Positions 11,813 to 23,400 of a stretch of 64,000 nucleotides of DNA are shown piece by piece. A program made the position numbers and the translations under genes. This stretch comes from Azolla caroliniana (Eukaryota; Plantae; Polypodiophyta). The stretch lies in NCBI GenBank assembly GCA_043228905.1, contig JBHGNT010000001.1:20522001-20586000 (forward strand). The letters run 5' to 3'. The notes beneath the pieces are model-generated. The model searched no databases. It saw only the letters and a list, made by a program, of their open reading frames with translations, and had not been told where the DNA came from. Every line of letters begins with the position of its first letter. Position 1 is the first letter of the stretch.

Positions 11813-14800
11813 TTAAAGACGATGAGTGGAACGAGTCTGCGCTAATTGCGGACCGGGTTTGTTCGGATACTTTCGGTGGAAATCAGCAAGAAGATCTTGT
11901 GCATTGGCAACATGCTCGACGGGTTCCCAAGTACGTTCGCTCGGACTATAATCGAGCCAATCGACCAAGTAATAAAGTTTGTTGCGAACAAGTTTGGAAT
12001 CGAGGATGGTAGCAACTTCATACTCCGGGCCGGCGTCCAACTCCAGCGGGGGCGGCGATGCTGTCACACGATCGGGAATGGTGTTTGCTTTATAAGGCTC
12101 AAGAAGAGAACAATGGAAAACCGGATGTATGTGAAGCTGCGGAGGGAGATCAAGGCGGAAGGTGACATCATTAATCTTCCCCGTAATACGGAAAGGACCG
12201 AGTCGTCGATAATCCAACTTGTCGCACGGTCGAGTAGTCTTGATGTGACGACATAAGAGCCATACTCGATCTCCGATGGCAAAAGAGGAGGGAATCCGAT
12301 GACGATCCGCATAAGTCTTCTGTGTGTGTTGAGCATGACGAAGGTGAGTAGAGAGATCCATCTGGATCTTGCGTAGCCTCTCCAAATGATCCTCGGCACG
12401 AGGGTTGGTAGGTAGCTCCGGAGTGTCGATCACCGACCAGCGAGGATGGAAACCGATATAAGCGAAAAATGGGGAGACCCGAGTCGAGGAGTGAATAGCA
12501 TTATTATACGCAAACTCCGCCAAGTGGAGAATCTCGGCCCTATCGTCCTGTTGATAACTCAGGAAAAACCGGAGATATTGCTCCAACGTTTGGTTTGTTC
12601 GTTCCGCCTGTCCGTCGGTCTGAGGATGGTAGCCGGAGGAGAGGTTGCAGGAGACCTTGAGCATCTTGAAGAGATGCTGCCAAAATTTGGAGACAAATTG
12701 CGGGCCTCGGTCACTGATAATACTGTTGGACGATTTGAAGGCGACAGGAGCAATCGGGGACATATACGCGCTTTTTAAAGAATAACAAACCATCATGATA
12801 TTCGAATTGTCGGTAGTCAATACCTGGTTGTTGAGACTGAGAACAGGATGTCCGAGAAGTATCAATGTGCGCCAGGATGTCTTGAGCAAAACTATCCGTC
12901 TTCAAGGTTGCACGTATGTCATCGGTAATCCGTGAATCCATCGGGGTGTGAAAAATCCGCGTCCTGTGAAATCGTGTTGGTCCCAAGATTACTTGCTTTT
13001 GATTATCAAATGTTGCGTCACCAGGACGAGGTGCAAGATATGAGCGCCGTGATAGTGCATCTGCTTTTCCTTGCTGCTTCCCCGGTCGATATGTGATTTT
13101 GAAGTCGAAACGCGTGAGGAATTGCGCCCACCGAGCTTGCCGTCGATTTAGTACGCGAGCGTTCTAAAAATAAGCAAGATTTTTATGATTGCTAAGGACA
13201 ATGACCTGATGTGGAGAGCCCTCTAAGAAATGCCGCCATTGTACAAATGAATCCACGATGGCTAATAACTCCTTGTCATGTATTTCGTAGTTGATTTTTG
13301 CGACATCGAATTTGCGCGAATGGAAAGCCACCGGATGCAACTCTTCTTTATCGTCTTGTTGAGAAAGGATGCTACCGAGGGCGAAATCTGATGCGTCGGC
13401 CTCCATGATGAATGGTTTGCTTGTATCCACATTAGCTAGAATCGGTGCTGATGTAAAGGCTTTCTTAAGATGCCGAAAAGCCATATCTGCTTCTATGGAC
13501 CAAAGAAATGCTTGCCCCTTCTTCGTAAGTTGTGTGAGGGGTAAAATAATCTTCGAGTAATCCTGTATAAACTTACGGTAGAAGTTAGCAAAACCTAGAA
13601 AACATTGTACATCTCGTACCGACCGTGGAATTTGACACTCTAGTACAGTTTGGATTTTAGCTGGATCCATGGCGATGCCCTTTGAGGAGATGACGTAGCC
13701 TAGAAATTCCACATGCTTGCAGTCAAAGCTACATTTTTCTAGGTTGGCATAAAGACCATTCTCGCGGAGTCGCTTTAGTACTAATAGTACATGAGAATCA
13801 TGCTCTTCCTGGGTCTTCGAATAAATCAGTAGATCATCCAGATAAATGATCAAACAGATATCCAAGAGGTCTCTGAATATATCATTTGCCATGTGTTGGA
13901 AGACTGCGGGTGCATTGGTTAGGCCAAATGGCATAACCGTATACTTGAAATGCCCATACCGCGTGCGAAAGGCGATCTTCCACTCATCTCCCGGCCGGAT
14001 CCGTACGAGATTATACGCTCCTTGTAGGTCGATTTTAGAAAAAAACTCGGCACCATTAACTCGCTCTAAAAGACTTGATATAAGAGGAAGTGCATACCTA
14101 TTCCGGATGGTGACTTTATTCAATCCGCGGTAATCAACGACAAGACGAAGTGAGCCATCTTTCTTCTTGACAAAGAAGATGGGTGCACCGGCCGGAGATT
14201 TCGAATGGCGGATGAACCTGCTTGCCAAGTTCTCCTCTATGTAGGCTCGAAGGACTTCTAACTCGGTGGGTGACAAGTTGTAAATTGGTCCCCATGGTGG
14301 CTCGGTTCCTGGTTGTAAATCGATGGGACAGTCATAGGGACGGTGATGAGGAAGGGTACCGGCTTTTACCTTGTCAAATACATCAGCATAAGGATGATAT
14401 TTTGCTGGAAGTTGTACTGAGGAGTCCTTCTTAATAGTGCTGGAAGGATGTACTGATATTGCAAATAGGAACATTGCCTCCTTGGGTCCTTCTTCGCGTA
14501 GTTGATGGAGTGAAATGGTCGAAACTTGGTGAGTTGATTCTTGGGGTGGTTGATATCGGACTTCTCTTGTTCTCCAATCTATGGCTGGATTATGTAATTC
14601 AAACCAAGGTAATCCTAGGACAATGGGATGCTCTGGACTACTAATTATATTAAATGATATTACACACACAAAACTACCTAGGACAACTTGAATGGGTTCT
14701 GATTCTTCTATAATATTCCCGGAAGCAATGGGACGACCATCAATGACTACTACAGATGCGGGACAAGGAAGTTTTCTTAAGGATATCTGAGAAGCTTGGG

Positions 14801-15002
14801 CAAAATTTCGATCCATGAAACAGGAATTAGCTCTGGAATCTAAAAGTGCTAGGACGGGTACTAGGGGAGTACTTTTAGTACTAACAATGACTTGGGCTAG
14901 GAACACATTGCTAACTTGCTTGGAAGGAATGGAACCACTAATGGGCTGTACAAATCTAGGGCTGTTGTCCAACCAAACGGCTCCTATTTTGGCTGGACTC
15001 AA
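11813..15002 (-). pseudogene. pol: Chromovirus pol of element F (PR, RT, RH, IN, chromodomain), disrupted
   Basis: LLDSRA protease, YLDD RT, ADASDFA RNase [16 protein letters not shown] integrase, chromodomain EYEVATILDS..YYLVDW..TWEP. Confidence 0.9.
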
Positions 15003-15011
15003 TCGTTTAAC
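14956..15011 (-). promoter_or_regulatory. Putative -1 ribosomal frameshift signal (G TTA AAC plus pseudoknot)
   Basis: Heptamer in the gag frame, 6-nt spacer, 11-bp stem GTCCAGCCAAA/TTTGGTTGGAC; pol lies in the -1 frame. Confidence 0.7.
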
Positions 15012-16156
15012 TCTTCATCTAATTGACTAAGGATTTCAAATTTATTTGAGATACTTGGGCTATTAGTACTATGAATACTATCAAACACTCTATTAGTACT
15101 ATTAATACTATCAGACACTCCTAAGGGAAGAATTGACTCGGGTTTAGTACAGGCTACAATTTGATTTACCTGTCTTCTTGGCCTATGGGGACAATTGATT
15201 GCGATATGCCCCGGTCCACCGCAATAAAGACATAATCGATTTGCACGTCGTCGTTGCTTTTCTTCTTCCGATAACGGGCTGTGTCGATGCATGGTATCGA
15301 TTTCGATCGGTGTCGAAGTATTTGCTTGAGGAATGTCTCGTGCTAATGGTCTAGCCGCGACTGCGGTGTAAGTGGGCTCCGGCCTAGCGCGTGGTATCTG
15401 TAATTGACGTTCCAAACGCCGTTCGAAGAGGTGGTTGTCACATCGAACCGCTCGACTGATTGCTTCCGTAAGAGACTTTGGTTCTTCGGGGAAGGTTAGA
15501 AGTAGATCTTTGACATCATTTCGCAAGCCATAGCGAAACTGCTCCATTAGTGCTTGATCATCCCAGGGTATGTCAGAAGCGAGTAGGCGGAAATCCGCCG
15601 CATAGGCAGAGGCTGGACGATCGCCTTGACGCAATCGCCGGATCTTGTTGATCGCCGTCCTGATGCTGTCGGTGTCTCCAAAGCAAGCTTTGAACTCACT
15701 AATAAAATCTTCAAAGTTATTAAGCAAGGGCGATTGTTTTTCTAGAAGCGGAGCGAACCATGCTAAGGCTGAGCCGCTAAGCAACGTGCCTATTAAGCCG
15801 ACTCGGGAGGCATCAGTGGGGTATCGGGAAGGATGCATTTGGAGGACTAATCGTACATGATTAAGGAATCCCCTGAATTGCGATCGCGTTCCATCAAATT
15901 TCACAGGAAGTCCAATCTTCGGCTCTTTATGAAATCCTTGGGGACTTGATCCTTCTTGTTGTAATGCCGCTTCGAGTTGTTGCACCCGTAACACTAACTC
16001 CCCATGTTGTTGCTATGTTTGTTGCTTTTCTAGAGCGATTTGTTGCAGATCCCCTATCAGCCGTTGGTTTTCTTGTTCCAGGGCAACAAACTTTTCTTTT
16101 AGGCACTGTAACTCGGAGAAAACGGATTGATATTCTTGGGCGCTAATAGTAGCCAT
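14999..16156 (-). pseudogene. gag: Gag of element F (one in-frame stop near 16013)
   Basis: PVKFDGTRSQFRGFL, LRQGDRPASAYA, CLYCGGPGHIAINC. Confidence 0.88.
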
Positions 16157-16223
16157 AGTAGGGGGGGAAAAGGATAGGAGGATGAGGGAGAACGACAAGT
16201 AGGCTGGAGGAAAGAGGAAGCCA

Positions 16224-16234
16224 ATTGGTTCAAA
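16224..16234 (-). promoter_or_regulatory. Putative self-priming PBS of element F
   Basis: TTGAACCAATT sits next to the 5' LTR end and is the reverse complement of AATTGGTTCAA, found about 34 nt downstream of the LTR TATA box. Confidence 0.7.
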
Positions 16235-16235
16235 C

Positions 16236-16570
16236 TGTCAGGAATAGTACTAAAGCAGAGATGGAATTAGTACTAAGAGAAGTAGTACTATTAGTATTAA
16301 GAGGACGGGACTGCGTAAGATTCCCGCCTGTTCCCACACTGGGAAGTCCTTGTGTGTCGTCTCCGGTGCTGAGTTGTTCACTCTGTCGACATAACTCCAG
16401 TAGCCATGCCCAAGCAGGTACTGGTGCATCTTGTATGACCAAGATGCGTAGTTGGTTCTGTCAAGCTTCTCCACCGGGAGCGACGTAGCCATACCTCTGT
16501 CCATTTCTCCTTTTGTGTCTAGTTTCCGATCTGTTAGGGTTTCCTTCACAAGCGTAGATGTCTGCAGCAG
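16236..16570 (-). repeat. Extra 90-bp LTR end plus a 245-bp duplicate of the flank 11131-11375
   Basis: 16236-16325 matches the LTR terminus; 16326-16570 aligns end to end with 11131-11375 with a few substitutions. Confidence 0.9.
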
Positions 16571-16927
16571 TGTCAGGAATAGTACTAAAGTAGAGATGGA
16601 ATTAGTACTAAGAGGAGTAGTACTATTAGTACTAAGAGGACGGAACTGCGTAAGATTCCTGAGAGAGAGGAAATGAAAAGAGGAGAGAGAGAGAAATAGG
16701 ATGATGACAACAACTCTTATATTATATGAAACATAAGTACAAATCGACTAAGAGGCTTAAGACTAGTGTTGAACCAATTTGGTTCAAAACAATGCCTTGT
16801 GCCTCCTTTTATAGTGTTTTTAGTACTAATCCTGAAACTTCTAGAATGTTCCAGAGAGATCTGGAATATACATCAATTTTCTATGATAAAGCATAAATGA
16901 AAATAATATCCTACAAAATACAATTCA

Positions 16928-16981
16928 TAGTCTAATGGTAAGAGCTCGACCCATGTAGCATATGGTCATAGGTTCGAGTCT
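16928..16981 (+). promoter_or_regulatory. tRNA-gene-like A/B-box module in the F 5' LTR
   Basis: Same boxes and spacing as 11733-11786. Confidence 0.7.
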
Positions 16982-17151
16982 TGCCATATCATGACAAGCA
17001 GAGGTTCTCAACCCACGCGCTCTGATACCATGTAAAAGATTGCTTGCGGAAGCGTTAGAAAGAACAATACACAAAGAGAGAGAGCAGGACACACTATTTT
17101 CTAAAGTTATATGAATACTCTGTGCTCTGTCTATCTACAACGCGCTCATCA

Positions 17152-17484
17152 TGAGCAAGCCGAGGACCGGACCGGTGTGTAAACCGAAAGGCCGTTAGAG
17201 AGATATTCCTCGTAAGGAATAGTTTTGGGAGTAAGTGTCGAGGCTTATTTATGAGCAGTCAAGTACTGTCAATACTTGTGTCAGCCCGATTGTCAGGGCT
17301 TGTATAAAAGGTGCTCACTAAGCATGGTGTATGTACAGATCGAGCATTATTTTTGAATTAAGTTCTTGTGTTTACTCTCTCTGTTTGTCTCTCCCGTGTG
17401 TACTATGCAAACCTAAGCTTTCCATTAAACCTGTGTTTTCTGTTGTTCGGTTTCCTATATTGCTTCTGCACGCCATTCTTTCCA
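17152..17484 (+). repeat. Element B 3' LTR remnant
   Basis: Matches 1024-1432 with one internal deletion; followed by TSD GAATA. Confidence 0.88.
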
Positions 17485-17489
17485 GAATA

Positions 17490-17729
17490 TAAGTAGAATT
17501 GTCTTTGAGAGTATTGTGTACATTCTGGTATGCGCTTATGGTTCTATCTTATGTATGGAATCAATCTGTGTATGTTGTTAATCCGGAACCGACCCGGAAA
17601 TAGTCAGATATAATTATAATATCTCGAAAGCATAAACCCCGTGACCACCCTTTGATGAAGTGATCCAAAAGGACACCTTGTGTTAGTGGCTAGTCGAGCC
17701 TAGGAATAACACAATTTTGGTGACCACGA
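17490..17729 (+). repeat. Element E 5' LTR second part plus Trp-like PBS (TGGTGACCACGA, 17718-17729)
   Basis: Ends TAACA at about 17711, then a TGG-starting PBS and an ATG at 17733. Confidence 0.6.
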
Positions 17730-18978
17730 TTCATGCAGAGCGCAGTGAACATCGGGGAATGGATGACTAGACCGACAAATGACCCAGTCGCCGAACGAGC
17801 AAGAAGACTAGCCGAGAGACTGCGGAGGTGGGAGGCCTACCGGCAAGCGGCCGAGGAGATTCGGTGGGTCGCGGAGGAGTCACTCAGATTGCATAACTAC
17901 CAATATACCAACGAAGACAGTAGCCTGAGCAGCTTACGGCAGACCAAATTGATACTACACACTCTCGCCACAAGAGCCGGAGAATCGGAAGAATTTTCCA
18001 ACTTTGAGTCGGAATCGGATAACGAGCATAGTGTGCAGTCGAATTATCGAAGCAGTCATGATGGACAATCTGGCGGAAGACGGTTCAGAGCACACACCGA
18101 CACCGCCGGACCATGAACAAACCAAGACCAACAATTAGAGGAAAACACCATCATTGGATCAGCGTACCAACGCCATCACAGAACCAGAAGTCGGAAAAAG
18201 AAGAGGATTGGATACCGACACCACCCCCCAGTTGTTACGGGCATGACCATTTAATATCCCGCGGTGAGAATTTATTACGGGCATGATCATTTAATATCTC
18301 GTGGTGAGAATTTACCGTAGTATTCTATACATGTGGATAAGTGTGAGGGTTAAACGAGAGTGTAAAGAAGGGGAGGATTACTTTTAATCCTCGGGATTGA
18401 GACAACCCATTAGGTCAAGTGTGAACTTGCCTGGGGGCCTTGGGTATCGCTATAAATAAGAGGCCTAGCTACCCTCATTTGATCATCTTTTGACTACATC
18501 GAGACTCTACTCTTGTGGTGGGTCAACTCTTGTAGCGAGCGCGCTAGCACCAGGTATGACTCGACGCCACGGCGATGGTATGAGACGCCGATCGAGGCTC
18601 GAGTCCATCTCGATCCCTTCGCTCAGGGGTGGTCGGGTGGATCGACACCCTTCTTTCTCTTTCTCCTTTCTATCTATCATTAGTTTATCCTTATCTTAAG
18701 CTTACTTTAGTACCTAGATCTCTAATATTTGGTATCAGAGCTATGTACTAATGTTTCTTTGTTTGACTTTTGTCTTTTGATTGATGGTGATCGATCGATG
18801 TGCGGTCGGTTGGCCTTGATCGAGACAACGATCAACAAAGAACTTCGGTAACTCTTTCCGTAATTTTTTTTTCTATTCTCTCTTCTCCCATCTAATCATG
18901 TGTTTAGTTTATATGTCATTTTTTTTCATTAAGTCAATGATGTTGTAGTGGTCTTTAATTGATTATCTAAAATGTTTA

Positions 18979-19249
18979 CATATGTGCACGAGGTCAAAAC
19001 CTCGTTTGACATATAAATCATATGTGATGAGTGTCGTATGCGTACGAGGTTAATACCTCAATTACGTATTACGTTTACGAACATATGTTACGTTTGCGTA
19101 TGAGTTTAATACCTTGATTTGTTGTAAAGGATATGCGTTTGGCCTTGTATGTGTAAGAGGTCAATACCTCAATTGCGTATTATGATGATCTCTTATTTGT
19201 GGATGTTTCGTGTGCGTAGAGGTATATACCTCGATTACGTATCTCGATC
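18979..19249 (+). repeat. Array of five hairpin repeats (period about 55-63 bp) in the element G leader
   Basis: GAGGT-N4-ACCTC cores near 18990, 19046, 19102 (degenerate), 19157 and 19219, each within longer inverted arms. Confidence 0.75.
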
Positions 19250-20429
19250 ACATCATTTGTGGCTATTTAATATAACGATATTTTTAATATAGGCATATGT
19301 GGTCACGTATATACATATTTGATCGTATATATGTGCTAAGTAAACATATGTGAATATTTGTTATTACGTGATTATATCGAAAGTTATCCTTGTCGGGAAA
19401 AGGATGTTGGTGGCCGTCCTCACATTTTTGTGAGAATGGCGTTGTCACCATCCCTTTTTCAACATTTTTTGATTGTTGACAACCCCGTTGATGACCTCGA
19501 TTTTGTTACGTAAAGAAACGCCTATAGCCATAATGATGTTGAGTACGTAGGGCTTGACCCACTTCAAGTGAGGTCGCTCCAATGACACACGTATCCAACA
19601 TCCCTCCCTCGTTACATGGATACGATGCCACCATGAGCTCGTTCTTACGAGAGGCATTCGTAATGATGTGACCATGTGATGGGCCACGTGGGCCTACTAC
19701 GAAACGAGGGCTCATTTGGCTTGACCATTAGGTTGCACTTTGGCGTATGCCATCGTAATTACGAGACTTGAGGTTAGGTAACGTACCAACATAGTTTTGG
19801 TAAATGAGGGCGAAATAAGGACCCTTGACATATATGTTCTTTAAAAAACAAAAAAAAAAACATATATGATCAAATGCCTCGCATATCTCTTATACGCATC
19901 AAACATTAAGCATTCGAGAAGAGCAACTTACTTGGTTGGCTCAAGTGTTTAATGTATTTGTTCTCGAGGTCTTGAGTTCAAATATGACCAAGACCATACA
20001 ACATCCTTGATACATATGCCTATAACACATGTTTAGACTTAAGGTCTAAGTGCACCTCGGGGTCCTCGTAATAGGACTTAAAGAGCCGAAACCACATATG
20101 TGGGCAAAGAAACATAGTTTATTATTAACATTTTTTTCGTGTATAAACTACTCATGACGCGAACATACATGGTTGAGCCTCGGGGAGCCTCCATGAAAAA
20201 ATCGATATAGAGATCAGGGAAAGACATTAAACTGTCACCCCATGGTTTTTAAAACACCGTTGTGTTACCATAGTAACCTGATCTTGAACCTCATCTCATA
20301 CGTCTAGAGGGGTATTGACATGAGATCATGATATCAATTAATGTTTGCCCATGATATGTTTACATCACGACATGATGTTATGACTATCTTTCTGACCTTA
20401 TCCTATTTCTTTTCCAGAAATAATCTTTA

Positions 20430-23400
20430 ATGGCTCAAATTAACGACCCAATGTCATCCGCTCAAGCGGAAGGAACTCAAGGTAATCCTCCTGGACAAAT
20501 GTCCACTGAGATGTATTTGGCACAAATAACCCAATACCTTAGTTTCACCGCTCAACAAATGACCGAACTTCGGCAATCTCAGAGTGCTCTTGAGGCACGT
20601 GTCATTAGTCTACAACGTGAGACTAATAGACCTGATGAGCGACAAGGTGAACCATCATTTGTCGTTAAGCCATTTACAGGAGACAAAAAGGAAAGAACCG
20701 AAGAAGCAATCTGCACATGGCTAGGACGATGGGAGTCTCATTTTGAGCTCTATCCCACGGTTTTTAAGGGCCAATTTCTGCTACCTCCCTCTCGAACCGA
20801 GGCAGCACAAGCTTTAATGAACCTCTCTAGCAGGAAATTTTCCTCTCTAGAAGACTATGTTCACCATGCTAGAACCCAAATCCAAAAATCGGGTCTAGAA
20901 GGGGACAATTGGTTGATAGCTTGTTTTGTCAATGGCATCCCCAATTCGGATTATCACTGGATAGTGCACGATAAGGATCCAAAATCCTTCGAAGAGGCCG
21001 TTGAAATAGTTCTTCGCTATCAACGCACTTCGAAGAAGGACCACAACAAACCCAACAAAGCGCCCGGGACTAAGCAGTCTCAATTTGTTGGGAAACGGAA
21101 GACACCCAACGAATTCATGGATCGCGATTGTAAGCGACAACATCCTTTTTGCGTATTCTGCAAAAAGACGGGTCATACAAAAGATCAATGTCGAAAGCTC
21201 CAACGCAAAGAGCACGACAACAAAGCTAAAGTTGCAGACCATAAAGGTCAGATTCCTAATGTCCTTCAGGTCTATACACATCATTTAAGTAATTGTCAAT
21301 GTTCTTTCCCTCACTATGTATTGGGTCCCAATGATTTACTACGTGCAAACGGGTATATCAATGGATCTCCCGTACAATTTTTATTTGATTCGGGAAGCTC
21401 ACACAATTTTGTGAATGATCGTTTGGTTCAGATATGGGGAATCCAACCCACCGTAAGCGATCACACCTACATGGTGCACTTGGCTGATGGAAGAGTACAA
21501 TACATCAACGGGGCGATTCATTCATTAGGAATTTCTATTGATACTTATATAGAGGAAGTAGACTTCCATGTAATGAATCTTTGTACCACTGATGTAATAC
21601 TGGGTTATCCCTGGTTTTATAATAAAAACTCTTCTTTATCTATTGATTGGGTTCATCATTCAATTACATTTGTACTGAACGATTGTACTCATTTTATTCA
21701 ATGTGTAAAAAAACAATCCCTCTCGATTGTTTCCTCGTGTCCATCAATATCCGAGTTGTCTTGTTCTACTCTATTTTATTGTGTACTTGATCCGGACATT
21801 CACGTTTATAATATCGATAATGACTCGGTTCAATTAACATATTTTGAACAACAACAACTTGATGAAATCTTAAATGATTTTCGTGATGTTTTTCCGAGTG
21901 AACTACTAGATAGCTTATCGTAATATAGACCATCGTATAGATATTGTACCTGGTGTTGCACCAATAAGTATACCTCCTTATCGCTTAAGTCGATCCGAAG
22001 AGGATAAGGTATCTATGCAACTGAAGGATTATTTACGAATGGGTTATATACGTTATAGTAAATCTCCATGGGGTGCACCAGTTCTCTTGGTTAAAAAGAA
22101 AGAGGGCATATGGCGTATGTGTATTAATTACCGACGCTTGAATAAAGTGACGATCAAGAATTTGTATCCATTGCCCCGGGCTTACGATCTAATTGACCAT
22201 CTCCAGGGAGCTCGGTATTTTACGAAACTTGATCTCCGTACTGGCTACCATCAAATACGTATAAGTGAGGACGATGTTCCTAAAACGGCATTTCGTACGC
22301 GCTATGGCCATTACGAGTTTTTGGTTATGCCTTTTGGTTTGACCAATGCTCTGGCTACTTTTCAACAAGAAATGAATGACATTTTCCGAGAACAACTTGG
22401 AAAATTTGTCGTTATTTTCTTGGATGATATTTTAGTTTATAGCCGTACATTAAAAGAACATGCTAGACATGTCCACTTTGTTTTACAAACATTGCGTTAC
22501 AAACAGTTTTATGCGAAGATCTCAAAATGTGAGTTCTTCAAGAAATCAATTACTTATCTAGGACATCTCATAACCGAATGAGGAGTTGAAATTGATCCTT
22601 CTCGCATTGAGAAAATCAAGCTTTGGCCCACTCTTCGGAATATTCGAGAAGTTCGATCATTCCTTGGTTTTGTCGGGTTTTTGCGGAAGTCTCTTCGTAA
22701 TTACTCCCAATTGATGACACCGTTTACTGATCTTTTAAAAGGTCAAACGCGTAAGTCTACAAAACCTATTGTGTGGAATGCTACACTAGACCTCGCCTTT
22801 AAGGAACTCAAGGACCTGGTTTGCAAGGCTTCTTCACTTCTTTTACCTGATCCTTCAAAACCTTTTGAGGTTGAAACCGATGCAAGCGATTATGCTATAG
22901 GTGTTGTCTGGTATCAAGATGGTAAACCAATAGCATTTGAGAGTAAGAAACTTGATTCTGCTCAATGTCGGTATACCGTTCAAGAAAAGGAATTATTTGC
23001 AGTTATACATGCACTCAAAACATGGCGCCATTATCTTTATGGAAATCGCTTTGTGGTAACAACGGACCACGAGTCCTTGAAATATTTTTGTGACCAACAA
23101 GACCTAAAAGGTCGTAAGGCACGATGGGCTGATCTCATCCAAGACTTTGATTTTTCCATAAGATATCGTAAAGGTTCCATGAACATTGTCGTTGATGCAG
23201 TAAGTCGCATCCGTGAAGTTAACAAGCTTAGCTTCACTGAAATAACATCAGATCTTTATGATCACCTTCGAGGAAAGTATCCTGATGACAGTTATTTTGC
23301 AAAATACTGGGCAAGAATTGAGTCTGGAACTGACACCACCACATCCTCGAAGGAATACTTCCACATTGCTAACGGTTTGCTCTACCATAATGGGAAGGTT

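Larger units (their letters stand above)
11376..16996 (-). mobile_element. Ty3/gypsy chromovirus F, Tcn1/Tf1-sushi-like
   Basis: 426-bp LTRs (11376-11801 and 16571-16996) with TGTCA..TGACA ends; TSD AGAAG/AGCAG; PPT at 11802-11813; order gag, PR-RT-RH-IN-chromodomain; no tRNA PBS. Confidence 0.92.
6955..17151 (-). mobile_element. Ty1/copia element D (relative of B, opposite orientation; contains F)
   Basis: 3' LTR 6955-7384, PPT 7385-7392, gag-pol 7403-11309, perfect Met PBS 17019-17030, truncated 5' LTR 17031-17151. Confidence 0.9.
989..17484 (+). mobile_element. Ty1/copia element B (contains C, D and F; pol deleted)
   Basis: TSD GAATA on both sides; 5' LTR 989-1432; primer-binding site (PBS) TGGTATTAGAGC; gag from 1515; 3' LTR remnant 17152-17484. 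Confidence 0.85.

Noticed and set aside
16236-16570. Assembly artefact as the explanation for the duplicated flanks (also 60217-60637)
   Set aside because: The duplicates differ by multiple substitutions and have microhomology junctions. An artefact is unlikely but cannot be excluded without reads.
18979-19249. CRISPR-like repeat-spacer array
   Set aside because: The repeats are degenerate, the linkers are short and related to each other, there are no cas genes, and it lies in a eukaryotic retrotransposon leader.
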